Part shown: positions 27,401 through 39,400 of the stretch, piece after piece | Position numbering within the stretch: the first letter of the stretch is position 1 | Layout of the letters: the number at the start of each line of letters is the position of its first letter | Origin: Callorhinchus milii | Taxonomy: Eukaryota | Direction of reading: 5' to 3' | DNA length: 64,000 nucleotides | Assembly (NCBI RefSeq): GCF_018977255.1 | Contig: NW_024704743.1 | Coordinates: 74,898,001 to 74,962,000, forward strand | Translations under genes and position numbers: made by a program | The notes under the pieces: model-generated | The model's database searches: none | Told to the model about the DNA's origin: nothing | What the model saw: the letters and a program-made list of their open reading frames with translations, nothing else

Positions 27401-30400
27401 CAAATTCTTTCTACAAATGGGGCAGAAAAAGGGAGCCATTGGCATTATGTACCTATTAAAATTGTACTCTTTACAGGAGCCATAGTAATTTACCATTGAG
27501 AAACACAACTCCGTTCTTTCTTTTGGCAATAATTTGACTAGTGTGCAGAACCTTGCACCATTTTTACTTTTTGTTCCAGTTCAGCAGAGTTTTGCGGAGA
27601 AGTCTTCAATTTCTGACAAAAACACATTTCTTGTTCTAGCACCCTCTACTGGTTTGAGATAGTTAATTTTCATGGCAAAATGTCTGGATATTGAACTTGT
27701 TATCCTAAATCTAAGGTCTTAAATATTCCTTTTTGCAGGAATTTATCTCTTGGAAGAAGCGCTTATCCCTCTTGATCATTGTGGAATCACCTAAACAATG
27801 TCATTTATAATTTCTCAGGATATTTCACTTTCTCTGGGCACCTTATTGGCCAATATTCAAGTTGTCCCAGACTACATTTATATCCTGGCCAAATCAAGTA
27901 GTATCCCTTGTCCCTTTTACTAATTGTCTGTTTGGGTTTGCACTGTTCTTCTTGACACATTAACACTTAAGGTATAAGGCACTGTGGCATAATCCATTCC
28001 TGTGGAGGGTAAACACTCTCTGATTTGGTATGTGAATAACATTTAATTTTGAGAATGTAAATGTTCTCAATTGAAATGAAAAAAACTGATCAATATAGAA
28101 GGTTTTTCTGTGGTATTGGGATAGATAATATAATGTCATGAATTGAGAATATTTTCAATGAGCATGGTTTTGGGCATGTAGAGGATAAACTATTCAGAAA
28201 AAATACCTATTTGAGTAGGTAATATAGCATTGCACTTGAAGAACTATGTAAATGAGCTCTTGATCAACTTTAACTATTTTGTACAATTCAATTGGCACTT
28301 CTGACGCAAGTTGATATTCAATGAAGCTGTGTTTGGGACTGGAAGGTGTTTGCAGGGTTATGGGGAGAAAGCTGGTGATTGGGGTTAGTGAAAGTGACTT
28401 GCTCTGTCAAGGAACTGGCACAGACTCGATGGGCTGAATGGCCTCCTGTGCCGTAACATTCTATGAATCTATGAATGAATCTATGAAGATGGGGCATTAA
28501 ATTGTTTTCTTAGCATTTTAAAATGTGTGCAGCCTTTAAATGGAGTTGTTGCTTCATCTACTAGCATGCAAGGTTATTTTGTGCAGTGTATCTGTATATT
28601 GTAGAATTTGACTGTCTTTAATTATTACAAGGTAATCTGGTGGTGTGGATGTAATATATTATATATAGTAAAACTCACATAAGTCATATCAGTTGGGACC
28701 ATAATTTTAATTTTCTTATTTAAAAACTAATTTGTTTAAAAGCTATTTCATTTCTTGTAGAATCCAAACCAAAAACCAGTTGTTTTGAGAAAGAGACGAC
28801 AAAGGATTAAAATTGAAGCTAACTGGGAACTCTTCTACTACAAGTAAGGCCTTTGCAGTTTTGTTTGCTTGTACTAATCCTTCAGATATCTCATGACTGT
28901 CGGATTTTGCTGTGCACAAATGGGTGCCATGTTGTCGGCAAGTTATCACTATACCTGATACCAATTACATATGAATCATTTGAGATCTTTCCAAATTACT
29001 GATTCTATTACTGTCACAGGTGTCACAATGGGTCAGTTGTGAAGGACTTATCATAGGAGCTGCTCTTTGAAGTGTATAGATGGTTTGGTAGGCAAATTTG
29101 GTAGCCAATCTTCATAAGCAATGTTACACAATGACCGATCAATCATTTGTTTGAAATTTGGCTGGGGAATTGGTACCTTGCAATTTAAGAGTGCACTGAT
29201 GATGGATTCTAGTAATTTTTTCATTGCTGATTTTAAATTCGCCTGACTGCGGATAAATTGCTTCTTTCTCTCTTTAATAATTGTATTTTTTCTACTTTTA
29301 ATCCTTTGATTTTAACACTGAATTTATACAGTTGTGGAGATTCTGTGATAACTCCATGGAAAGAGAGGATAATTTAATCTTTGCCCTGGTACAAATACTT
29401 TATTTAAAATGGATTACGTTGAAATGTTACTTTTCCCACCCTTTAAGATTTTTCATTTAAAAAAACTAGTCTAAATTGTATGTTTTAAATATCTTGCAAA
29501 CTGATATTTCCCCCCCTCTTACAGATTTCAGATGGATCATGCCAAGTCCAACTTGATTTGGAATTACAAGACAAGAGAAGAATTGAGAGATGCATTTGAG
29601 GCGGAGATGAGGGCATTTAACATTGACCGAGAACTTGGTAGCGTTAGTGTCATTTCTTGGAATCACCAAGAATTTGAAGTAAGAAAAATTTAATTGCTGT
29701 CCTAGTTGAAGTTTGTAACAACCACAGCAACTTGCATTTATAGAGTCCTGTGGAGTCCTGTAGTTCAGTGGTAGAGCACTTGCCTCTCAAGCGAGAGACC
29801 TGGGTTCGATTCCCGGCAGGGCGAAACCTTGGGCAAGTTTCCTTACTCCAACATACGCCTGATAATAATCCCTAAAGAAAAAAACCAATAATAAATTGGT
29901 CACTTCAATCCACGACTGTTTGTGGGACACTGCTGCGCGCAATTTGACTGCCGCATTTCGTCCACGAGTATACAGTTAAGTCACTTTATAGTATATTCTG
30001 TGAAGTGTTTTGAGACATCTAGAAGACGTAAAAAGTGCTATATCAAATGCAAGGATTATTATTATCTAGTGCCCTTCATGCAGGGCAGCCTCAGAACATA
30101 GAAGTGGTGTAGCCTTACGCTGAGCCGGAGGGAGGGAGGAGGTGACCGTAAGCAGCAATAACAACAACTTGGATTTATATAGTGCCCTCCACGCCAGACG
30201 GCGTCTCACAGTGCTTCACATTAACGGATCCCGGGGCTGAGCCAGGGGGAGGGGGATGAAGGTGACCAAAGGCGCGGTCGAAAAGAGAGGTCTTCAGCCG
30301 AGACCTGAAAATAGGAAGAGAGGGCGCGAGGCGAAGGGAGTGAGGAAGGGAGTTCCAGAGCATTGGGGAGTAGTGGCTGAAGGCACGGCCGCCTATGGTG

Positions 30401-33400
30401 GAGTGGAGGATTCGGGGGACAAGGAGGAGGCCAGACCTGGTGGAGCGAAGACAACGGGCACTATTGTGAGGAGAGAAGTCAGAGAGATAGGGGGGGTGCA
30501 GAGGAGTGAAGGGATTTGAAGATAAGAGTGAGGATCTTGAAGTCGATCCTCTCTGGGACAGGCACCCAGTGCAGTCTGGCAAGGACTGGGGTAATCGGGG
30601 AGCAGAGTTTGGTGCGGGTAAGAATGCGGGCGGCAGAGTTTTGGATTGATCTGGATTTTATGAATGGTAGTGGAGGAGAGAGACCGGCGAGGAGGGCATT
30701 TGAATAGTCCAGCCAAGAGGTGACAAAGGCATGGACCAGGGTTTCGGCGGCTTTTGGAGTGAGGTATTGGCAGAGACGGGCGATGCGTCAGAGGTGGAAG
30801 AAAGCGGTGCTGGTGAGGGACCGGATGTGGGGGAGGAAGGATAATTGGAGTTTGAACCTGACGTCTAGGTTTGTCGTGGAATAAAACCATAGACCACACA
30901 AACAATGAACAGTAATCAGTACAGGCTTTATTACAAGCTTAATTACAAGCTTACCGGTAAAGGGAAGCACCCAATCAGGTTCCCAAGTCATCCGAGATGG
31001 TACTTCCACCGAGTGAATAAGGACAAATCTTATATCTTGTCTGATTATGCGGCATTTTACAACCGATCATAATTCCTTACTATAACCCGTGACAATTCTG
31101 CAGCATTTTTACATCCAATTATAACAATGAACAGTTTTCCTTTGTCTGCTATAGTTTCACACACTCATATCAGTCATGTGATCTTACCCAACCCTGAAGA
31201 GTGGAGCCATCTGGTTTTAAGCAATCATCTCTTCTAGTCTGGGAAAAGGTTAGAATGTCTGAGACTTTGTGTAAAGACCTTGAATAAGACCACTGTATAA
31301 GACTATGTGGCAACACTGTGTACATGCTTCAATTATCTATCACGTGAACCAACCATGTACGTCGTCAGGGTCGTATAACCTTTGTAGGCTGATGGTACAT
31401 TTAGTGTCACCTTCCACAGGTTGCGTACGGGTTCGGAGAATTTTTAGGGGGAGGACGGGTAGGTGGAGGAAGTGAGAACCATGCGATTTTAGACGTTGAC
31501 GAGAGCCAAAGAGTATGGCTTCCATCTTTCCAAAATTACCTGAAGGAAATTCGCGTTCATCCAGCTCCTGATATCTGACAGGCAGGCAGACAGTACATCA
31601 GGGACTGGGGGTCGCAAAGTGAGGTGGAAAAAGAGTTGGGAGTCGTCCGCATGCATGTGGAAGTGTACCCCATTTCTGCGGATGACATCCCCAAGAGGGA
31701 GCATATAGATTAGGAAGAGGGGGGGGGCCAAGGATGGATCCTTGGGGTACCCCGCAGGTAACCGGGTAAGAGCGGGAGGAAAAGCCGTTTGTGCAGATGT
31801 ACTGCTGGCGGTTCGTGAGGTAGGACTCGAACCAGGCGAGTGTAGTCCCACTGACGTGGATGACAGAGGAAAGGCAGTGGAGAAGGACGGCATGATTGAC
31901 TGTCGAAAGTGGCGGAGAGGTCCAGGAGGACAAGGAGGCAGAGGGAGCCCTGGTCACAGATAGAGAGGATGCCATTTGAGACTTTCACAAGTGCAGTCTC
32001 TGTATTGTGGGCAGGGAGGAAACCGGAGTGGAGTGGTTCGAAGAGAGAGTGGGAGGAGAGCTGTGCGCGAAGTTGATTGGCAACAACGCGTTCAAGGACT
32101 TTGTCAATGAAGGGCAAGTTTGAAATAGAGTGGTAGTGGCTAAAGTCGAAGCAAAGTCGAAGAGGAAGGTTTTCAGTTGTGATCTAAAAGCAGGGATGAT
32201 GGGGGCATGGTGGAGGAATTGAGGAGCAGAGTTCCAAAGCTTCATGGCCTCATGGCTGAAAGCACGGCTGTTGATGGTGGCGAGGAAGGGATAAGCAGGA
32301 GGCCAGAGCCAGCTGAGCAGAGGTAGTGGGTTGTGGAGTGTGGAGAAAGCAGGTCAGAAGGTAGGGAGGTGCAGGGTGTGAAGGGATTTGTAGGCAAGAG
32401 AACGGATTCATTTCCAAATCCTCTCAGTGATGAACCAATGGAGCCTGGCAAGGACTGGTATGATTGGGGTTTAGTGTGGGTGAGTAGAACTTGTTCAAAA
32501 CTCGTGTTATGTTTATGGATAGTGGAGACTGGCAAGGCGGGCATTGGAATAGTCAAGGTGGGAGGTGATGATGGTGTAGATGAAGGTTAATCTGCTTCAA
32601 GTCCACCTTGCTTTTAACCATTTGTGGAATCAATTAATAGATTAAACAAGGTAGTGAGTAGATGCTTGGAAAATCGAAAAGGATATGGTAGGAAGGCAGT
32701 GAGGTTTGATTACAAGAGGTGATGGAATTTATGTCATGGAATGGTGTGTTGCAGTTTCTGTGACTCAGCAGCATAACTTGTCTATTTGGATTTGGTATGA
32801 ATTATTAGATCTGAGAAGACTTCTAGTATTGCCTACTTGGTTGCAATCAAATAAGTCATTATTTATGGTTGATCGGCCACAGTAAAGATATCGTGAGTGA
32901 TCCGATGACCCAGATTCAGTTTAACGGTTAGTTAAAATCACTCTTGAATAACAAGGGGTATAAGCTCACCTAAAATTTGCCAGCCTTCACGTGTCCTTGA
33001 AACCCCCCTACCCTCTTATTGGTGTATAGTTCCACAGAGGTGGCTATCACTGGTATCTCTTCTCCTTAATTGCGTACGTTTCACAGGTACTTTCAGTCAA
33101 TGGTAATCATCCATTTGGCCATTTTTCATCCATGTTAGGGGCATCACATCCATTCTCTAGGCTTAGTTGGTTTTGTATACACACGCACCAGGAACAACAA
33201 AATTACATTTATAGAGCGCCTTTCATGCTGGGAGGATGTCCCAAAGCGCTGAACAGTCAGGTGTCGGGGCCTGAGCATGGGGGAGGGATGGTGTAGGGGT
33301 GAGGGAAGGCAGAGAGGTGGGAGGGCAACTGAAGGCATGATCGAAGAGAAGGGTCTTGAGACTGGCCTTGAAGAAGGCAAGGGAGGAAGCGAGGCGAAGG

Positions 33401-36400
33401 GACCATGGGATGGAGTTCCAGAGTGTGGGGGCAGAGAGGCTGAAAGCCCGGCCACCGATGGTCGGGCGGGAGACATGGAGCAGGCCGGAGCCCATTGAAC
33501 AGAGGGAGTGGGCAGGTTGGTAGGGAGCCAGCAGGTCAGAAAGGTAGGAGGCCATGGATGGCCTTGAAAGTGAGGACCAGGATCTTGAATTCGATCCTTT
33601 GGGGGATGGGGAGCCAGTGGAATCGGGCGAGAGTGGGAGTGATGGGGTCACGGAGCCTGGTGCGTGAGAGTACACGAGCTGCAGAGTTTTGAGATCTGTA
33701 GCTTATAAAGGGAAGAGTTGGGGAGGCCGATGAGAAAGGAGTTTCTGTAGTCGAGCCTTGATATGACGAATGTGTGGGAGAGGGTTTCTGCAGCCTGAGG
33801 GGAAAGGCAGTGATGGAGTCTGGCAATGTTGCGGATCAGAAATCACTGCATTTTGATAACGTTTTTTATATATAGTGTATATATATTCTACTTCTGTAGA
33901 TGGTAGTGTACAGCAATGCCTGGCCTTTAGCCCGGCTTTGACTTGCTCCTTCCCTTACCTCTTTCGAGGTTGACCTCCATCCATCATCCTCTCTGACTAT
34001 ACTTTTGGCCATTTTTACTCCCTCACCTCAGGTGCAAACCCAGGACTGTCCAGTGCCTTGGGATGTCCTCCCAACATGAAAGCTGCTATGTGAATATATT
34101 TGTTACATCTCAGTATACTGCTGCATATTTGCTCTACTATTGTACATGACCTAGTGGACAAGATATGGTTCATCAATGGTGTGAAAATTCAGCATGTTTT
34201 TATTTTTATATATCAGGTTAAGTACGAGTGCCTTGTGGATGAAATCAAAATTGGGGATTATTATCTACGCCTTTTGTTAGAAGAAGATGAAAATGAAGAG
34301 ACTGGTGCAATCAAGAGATCGTAAGACTTGTGTTCCTTCTGACATTGTTCTGCTTCATTACATTGCATGTTTTATCTTGCTCTTTTTCAATATGTGCATT
34401 TATTGTTACAGGTATGAATTTTTCAATGAGTTGTATCATCGCTTCTTACTTACCCCTAAAGTGAATATGAAGTGTTTATGTTTACAAGCTTTGACAATTG
34501 TTTACGGCAAATGCTATGAGGAAATAGGACCATTCAGTGATACAAAATACATTATTGGAATGTTGGACAGGGTGAGCATTACAAATCTTTCATATTTAAT
34601 TTGTTTATAGCTTTACAAACTGAGCTGAGCTGCATATTAGGCCGTGTTCTTAGTGAAAATTATACTCTCTCTAAGATTGAAACCAAGGAAGTGCCTGACA
34701 TATGGTTCTTCAACCGTTTCCCTCTTTCCCTTTGGTCCTACTGTACCCCTGTGTCTCCTCCACTGGAGCTAATCCTATTCCTAACTTCCTGCGCTTTCTC
34801 TACATGCTTTTTAGATGTTCAGTTCCCTTTTAAATGTTAAATGGCTCCTGTTGTTGAGATGTACTAATCATGGGTCTTTAATAGTTCTATGATTTTCAAT
34901 GATGCTGCACCATTTCTGCCTGTTGCTGGGTATCTGCAGTGTTAATTCAATATTCATTGAATTTGTTTAAATGGTTGGCTGTAATTGAGAAAAATTATTG
35001 TGTTGGCACAGCGGACAAGTAATAGTAGGAGCATTCTGAACTATAGTCACTCTATTGTACCATTTCAATCTCCTTTAAATTTATAAAGCAAATTGTTCAT
35101 TAGTTTATAGTTAGAGAAATGGCCAAAATATTGGGTAATTGGATAAGATTATATACCATTAAGGTTCACATGACCAAAAGCTGATATTTTCATCCACACA
35201 AATCTGTATTGCCAGATTTCTGGACATTGCACATTAATTCCACATTTCAAGACCTTTGCAGTTTAGGTTATTGTCAAAGTTAGTGTAGTTACCTAGGATA
35301 ATTCATTCAGTAAAGTGTAGGGCATCAATATGTAGAGAACCCATCTAATTTTCCCACAAGACGTATTTTTGTATCCATCTGTAAGGCTGAACCTTGCTAA
35401 TCATAAGGTTATGAACCATTTCCTCATGGGCTTATTCATGAAGAAATGGTACAGGGTCTTGATTGAGACCACTAATGAGATGATGATGAATATCAACAGG
35501 CTATTTGACCATGGAGGGCAGGCCATCACAGCCAAGCCTGATCCTATCCTTGCCCAGCCTGCACACCTTTAGCAGATGTCTGGATGGTGATGGAACAGGA
35601 AATATAGCTCATATTGTCCCATTCCAAAGCTTTTGGCATAGAGTATCAGCTTGTTCAACAAATTAGGATTCAACTCTTTCTAGTTGTATGAACTAGTGCT
35701 GCAACAGCCTTACTCACTGGGCTGTAGGGAATTTCTGTCCTTGAGGAATTCCAATGAGCTGGAGTAGTATTTGCCTTGACGTAGATTTGCCTTTCAATCA
35801 AGCCTGGTACGCAGTGCAGCTTCAGGCATATTGTAAATGCCATTAGACTGATTCGACATCCCGCAGCTCAATGATTCTTGTTGGAAGCAAGATTCTGGCT
35901 GAGTGCTTAGTGTTTTATGTGCTGTTTTACAGAAGGATGTGCATGATTTTGCTGTGCAACATTTTTCTTGAAATCTATTAATCTTTATTAATTGATCATT
36001 ACATTTGCTACAGCACCTTTCACGTCAGGAGGATGTCTCAAAACACTTCACGATTATACTGTAAAGTGTATTGACAGTATTTTGTAGGTGAACACGTCAC
36101 TCAATTTGCACGCGGCAATGTGCGACAAACAGCCTTGTACAATTTTATCTGGGGGATTGTTGAAGAAACTTTATTTTTTGAATTGCACACAGAAATGTCC
36201 CACAAACTGCTATGAAATTGAATGACCAATTTTATTTGCGGGATTGTCCGCTAGGACACTCGGAGAAACTCCCTTTTCTTTTTGAATATTAGAACAACTT
36301 GCATTTATATTGCGCCCCTCACGCAGGGCAGCGTCCCAGAGCGCTTATTACTATGAGATCTTTAGCATCCATCAGAACAGCCAGATGGTTTAATGTTTTA

Positions 36401-39400
36401 TCCCTATAATACAGCACACCCCTAACACTGGATTGTCGGCCTCGATTGAGTGCAAAGTCCTGTCAAAGCTTGAACCCGCAACCTTCTGGCTCTGAGGCAA
36501 GAGTGGTACCAATTGAGCCAGATTGACTTGCATTGTAACTGAACTGATTGGCAGATGACCCCTGAGACACACTCCTTGTTCCCAGAATGTTGAACAATTT
36601 AATTGGCAACAGTTGCAAATTTAAGAGAGCACTCCTATCGAGTTAGCGAGGATCCATGAGGAAGGGATATGATGAGGACTGATGTGTGGTTAGCTAGTTC
36701 AGGGAACATGTTCACAAAAAGATTGCAGGGGTTGAGGGAGTCCTTTAAGAACTATCCTCTCCCGCACCAGGCCCTGTGACCATATCACCCCCATCCCCGC
36801 CCAGCTCCACTGGCTCCCCATCACTTAGAGAATACAGTACAATATCATAGTCCTCACCTTCAAAGCCTTCCACGGCCTTGCTCCTTCATACCTTTGTGAC
36901 CTCCTAAACCCAAACCAATCTGTGCGCTCCCTCCACTCAGCGGGCTCCGGCTTGCTTCACGTTCCCCTTCCTTGCCCGCCTCACCATTGGTGGGTGGGCC
37001 TTCAGCCTCTCTGCCCCCAGCCTCTGGGATTCCATCTCACAGTCCCTCTGCCTCGCTCCCTCTCTTGCCTCCTTCAACAACAACAACAACAAGATTCCAT
37101 TTATAAAGCGCCTTTCACGTCAGGAGGACGTCCCAAGGCGCTGCACAGTTGGGTTATGACCCGAGCAGGGGGGAAATGGTCAGGGTGAGGGGAGGGAAGG
37201 GAGGGAGCGAGGAGGGGGAAATGGTCAGGGTGAGGGAAGGGAGGGAGCGAGGAGGGGGAAATGGTCAGGGTGAGGGGAGGGAAGGGAGGGAGCGAGGAGG
37301 GGGAAGAGAGTTGAGAGGGGAGCTGAAGGCACGGTCAAAGAGAAAGGTTTTGAGACCGGCCTTGAAGGAGGAAAGGGAGGAGGCGGCGAAGGCACTGGGG
37401 ATGGAGTTCCAGAGCCTGGGGGCTGAGAGGCTGAAGGCCCGACCACCGATGGTAGGGCGGTTGGGGCGGGGACGTGGAGCAGACCAGAGCCAGAGGAACG
37501 GAGGGTACGGGCAGGTAGGTAGGGGGATAGTAGGTTGGAGAGGTAGGAGGGAGCAAGGCCGTGAATGGCCTTGTAGGTGAGGATGAGGATCTTGAATTCG
37601 ATCCTCTGGGGGATGGGGAGCCAGTGGAGGTGAGCGAGGATGGGAGTGATGTGGTCGCGAAGCCTGGTGCGGGACAGTACACGAGCTGCAGAGTTCTGAA
37701 TGACCTGCAGCTTGTGGAGGGAGGTGGCAGGAAGGCCCATCTCAAGACCTTCCTCTTCAACCATGCCTTCGGTCACCCTCCTACCCCTATCTTCCACCCC
37801 TCCTGATCCCAACCACCAGGTCGGGTCCAGATCCCTGACTGTCCAGTGCCTTGGGATGTCCCCTTGATGTGAAAGTTGCTGTACAAATGTATTTTGTTGT
37901 TGCTATTTTGGTCAGGTGATTATCTCCCGCTCAGGTATACTTTGCCTTTCCATCATGCACAATAGTTCTGACCATTAATTTTCTGCCACATTCAATCTGA
38001 TGATTCATTCATTGTTGTGTACTGTACCTACAGTCTATATAATTCTACGTTTGAAGATTTGCCTTTTTTTTTTGATTGACTCCATCTTGTACTGCTTTTT
38101 GCCTGAGTATTGCTCATTTGGCTTCCTGCTGACTTGTCTTTCTATCTCTGGTTGAAACCACCTCTAATTGTCAAATGCTTTGATATTCTGGGTGTTTTTA
38201 CCATCTTTAAGAGCTTTAAGAATCCAAGATGATTCTTAACATGTTCACTGGAACACTAGCTGTGTCAATGTCTAAATTCTCCAGGTCAGCTGGAGAGTAG
38301 AATTTAATATAGTGTTATTAGCATTCCAAGCATGATGTGTAATTATATATTGTTGGGAGTAAGTATTGGGATGCGCAACAATTGGTGATGCTGCTTTTAT
38401 GCAATTTTCTGCATCATTTATAATGTTTCCGTCAGAGGCTGAGTGCTCATCTGACCACACTTAGTTCAGACTATTCCCCTATTTGCATATCCTATTATAG
38501 AACTATGACTAACTGAGATTGGTATAATTATCTGTAGTAAGTTTATGTAACCAGTTATGAAAAAAAATTGAAATAATGCTGCACCAAATCAGTTGTGTTG
38601 ATAAATTGTCCTAAAAGGATTTCACAAATACAGTTGATCCTAACACAATTCCATGATATTAAATCTACAGTTGTCTAAATTCATGCTGGTATCTCTTGTA
38701 AGGTTATATTCAAATTACAAATTATTTGCGAACTTTGCTTTTACAGTGCACAGACCGATTGGAGCGAGACAGACTCATTCTTTTCCTACACAAACTGATT
38801 CTTAACAAGGTAAGTATCATATGAGCAAAATTTCAAAGCTATCACTGTTGGTTATTGTGCATAATGTGGACCATTTACTGTCAGAAAGATCATTTAAAAT
38901 GTGTTGCAAATTATGGTTCAAATGAAAATTGGAAATGTATAATTTTACAGAAAAATGTGAAGGAAATCATGGACTCCAATGGAGTTCGAATTCTTGTGGA
39001 TTTGCTTACACTGGCTCACCTCCATACCAGCAGAGCTACTGTACCACTGCAGGTAAGGGCTGTTACCTCATGTAATCATGTTTTAAGAATATTTTATTTA
39101 AAAAATGATAATCCTTTTTCAATCTTTCAGAGCAATGTTATCGAAGCAGCACCTGATATGAAGAGAGAAAGTGAAAAGGAGTGGTATTTTGGCAATGCAG
39201 ATAAAGAGAGACTTGGTCCTTATAGCTTTGAAGAGGTATATTTTGGGTTTGCAATTCTGTGGTAGTTGTACAGCATGAGTGAACCTTGTGATTCTTTAGG
39301 GTGCGGGGAGGTAAGCAAGGTCTCCTTGGGGCTGAGCTGGCTCCAAGATCATGCACTTTGCAGTAATGTTGGGACTCCAGCCAACCCTCTATGGTGGTCT

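Noticed and set aside
32870..33190. Possible viral or LTR-element fragment between L2 copies
   Set aside because: No LTR termini, TSD or recognisable protein motif in the frames I checked
35420..35724. Ancient SINE-like sequence, first suspected to be LF-SINE (also about 14100-14390)
   Set aside because: Too degenerate to assign a family from memory; needs a Dfam search
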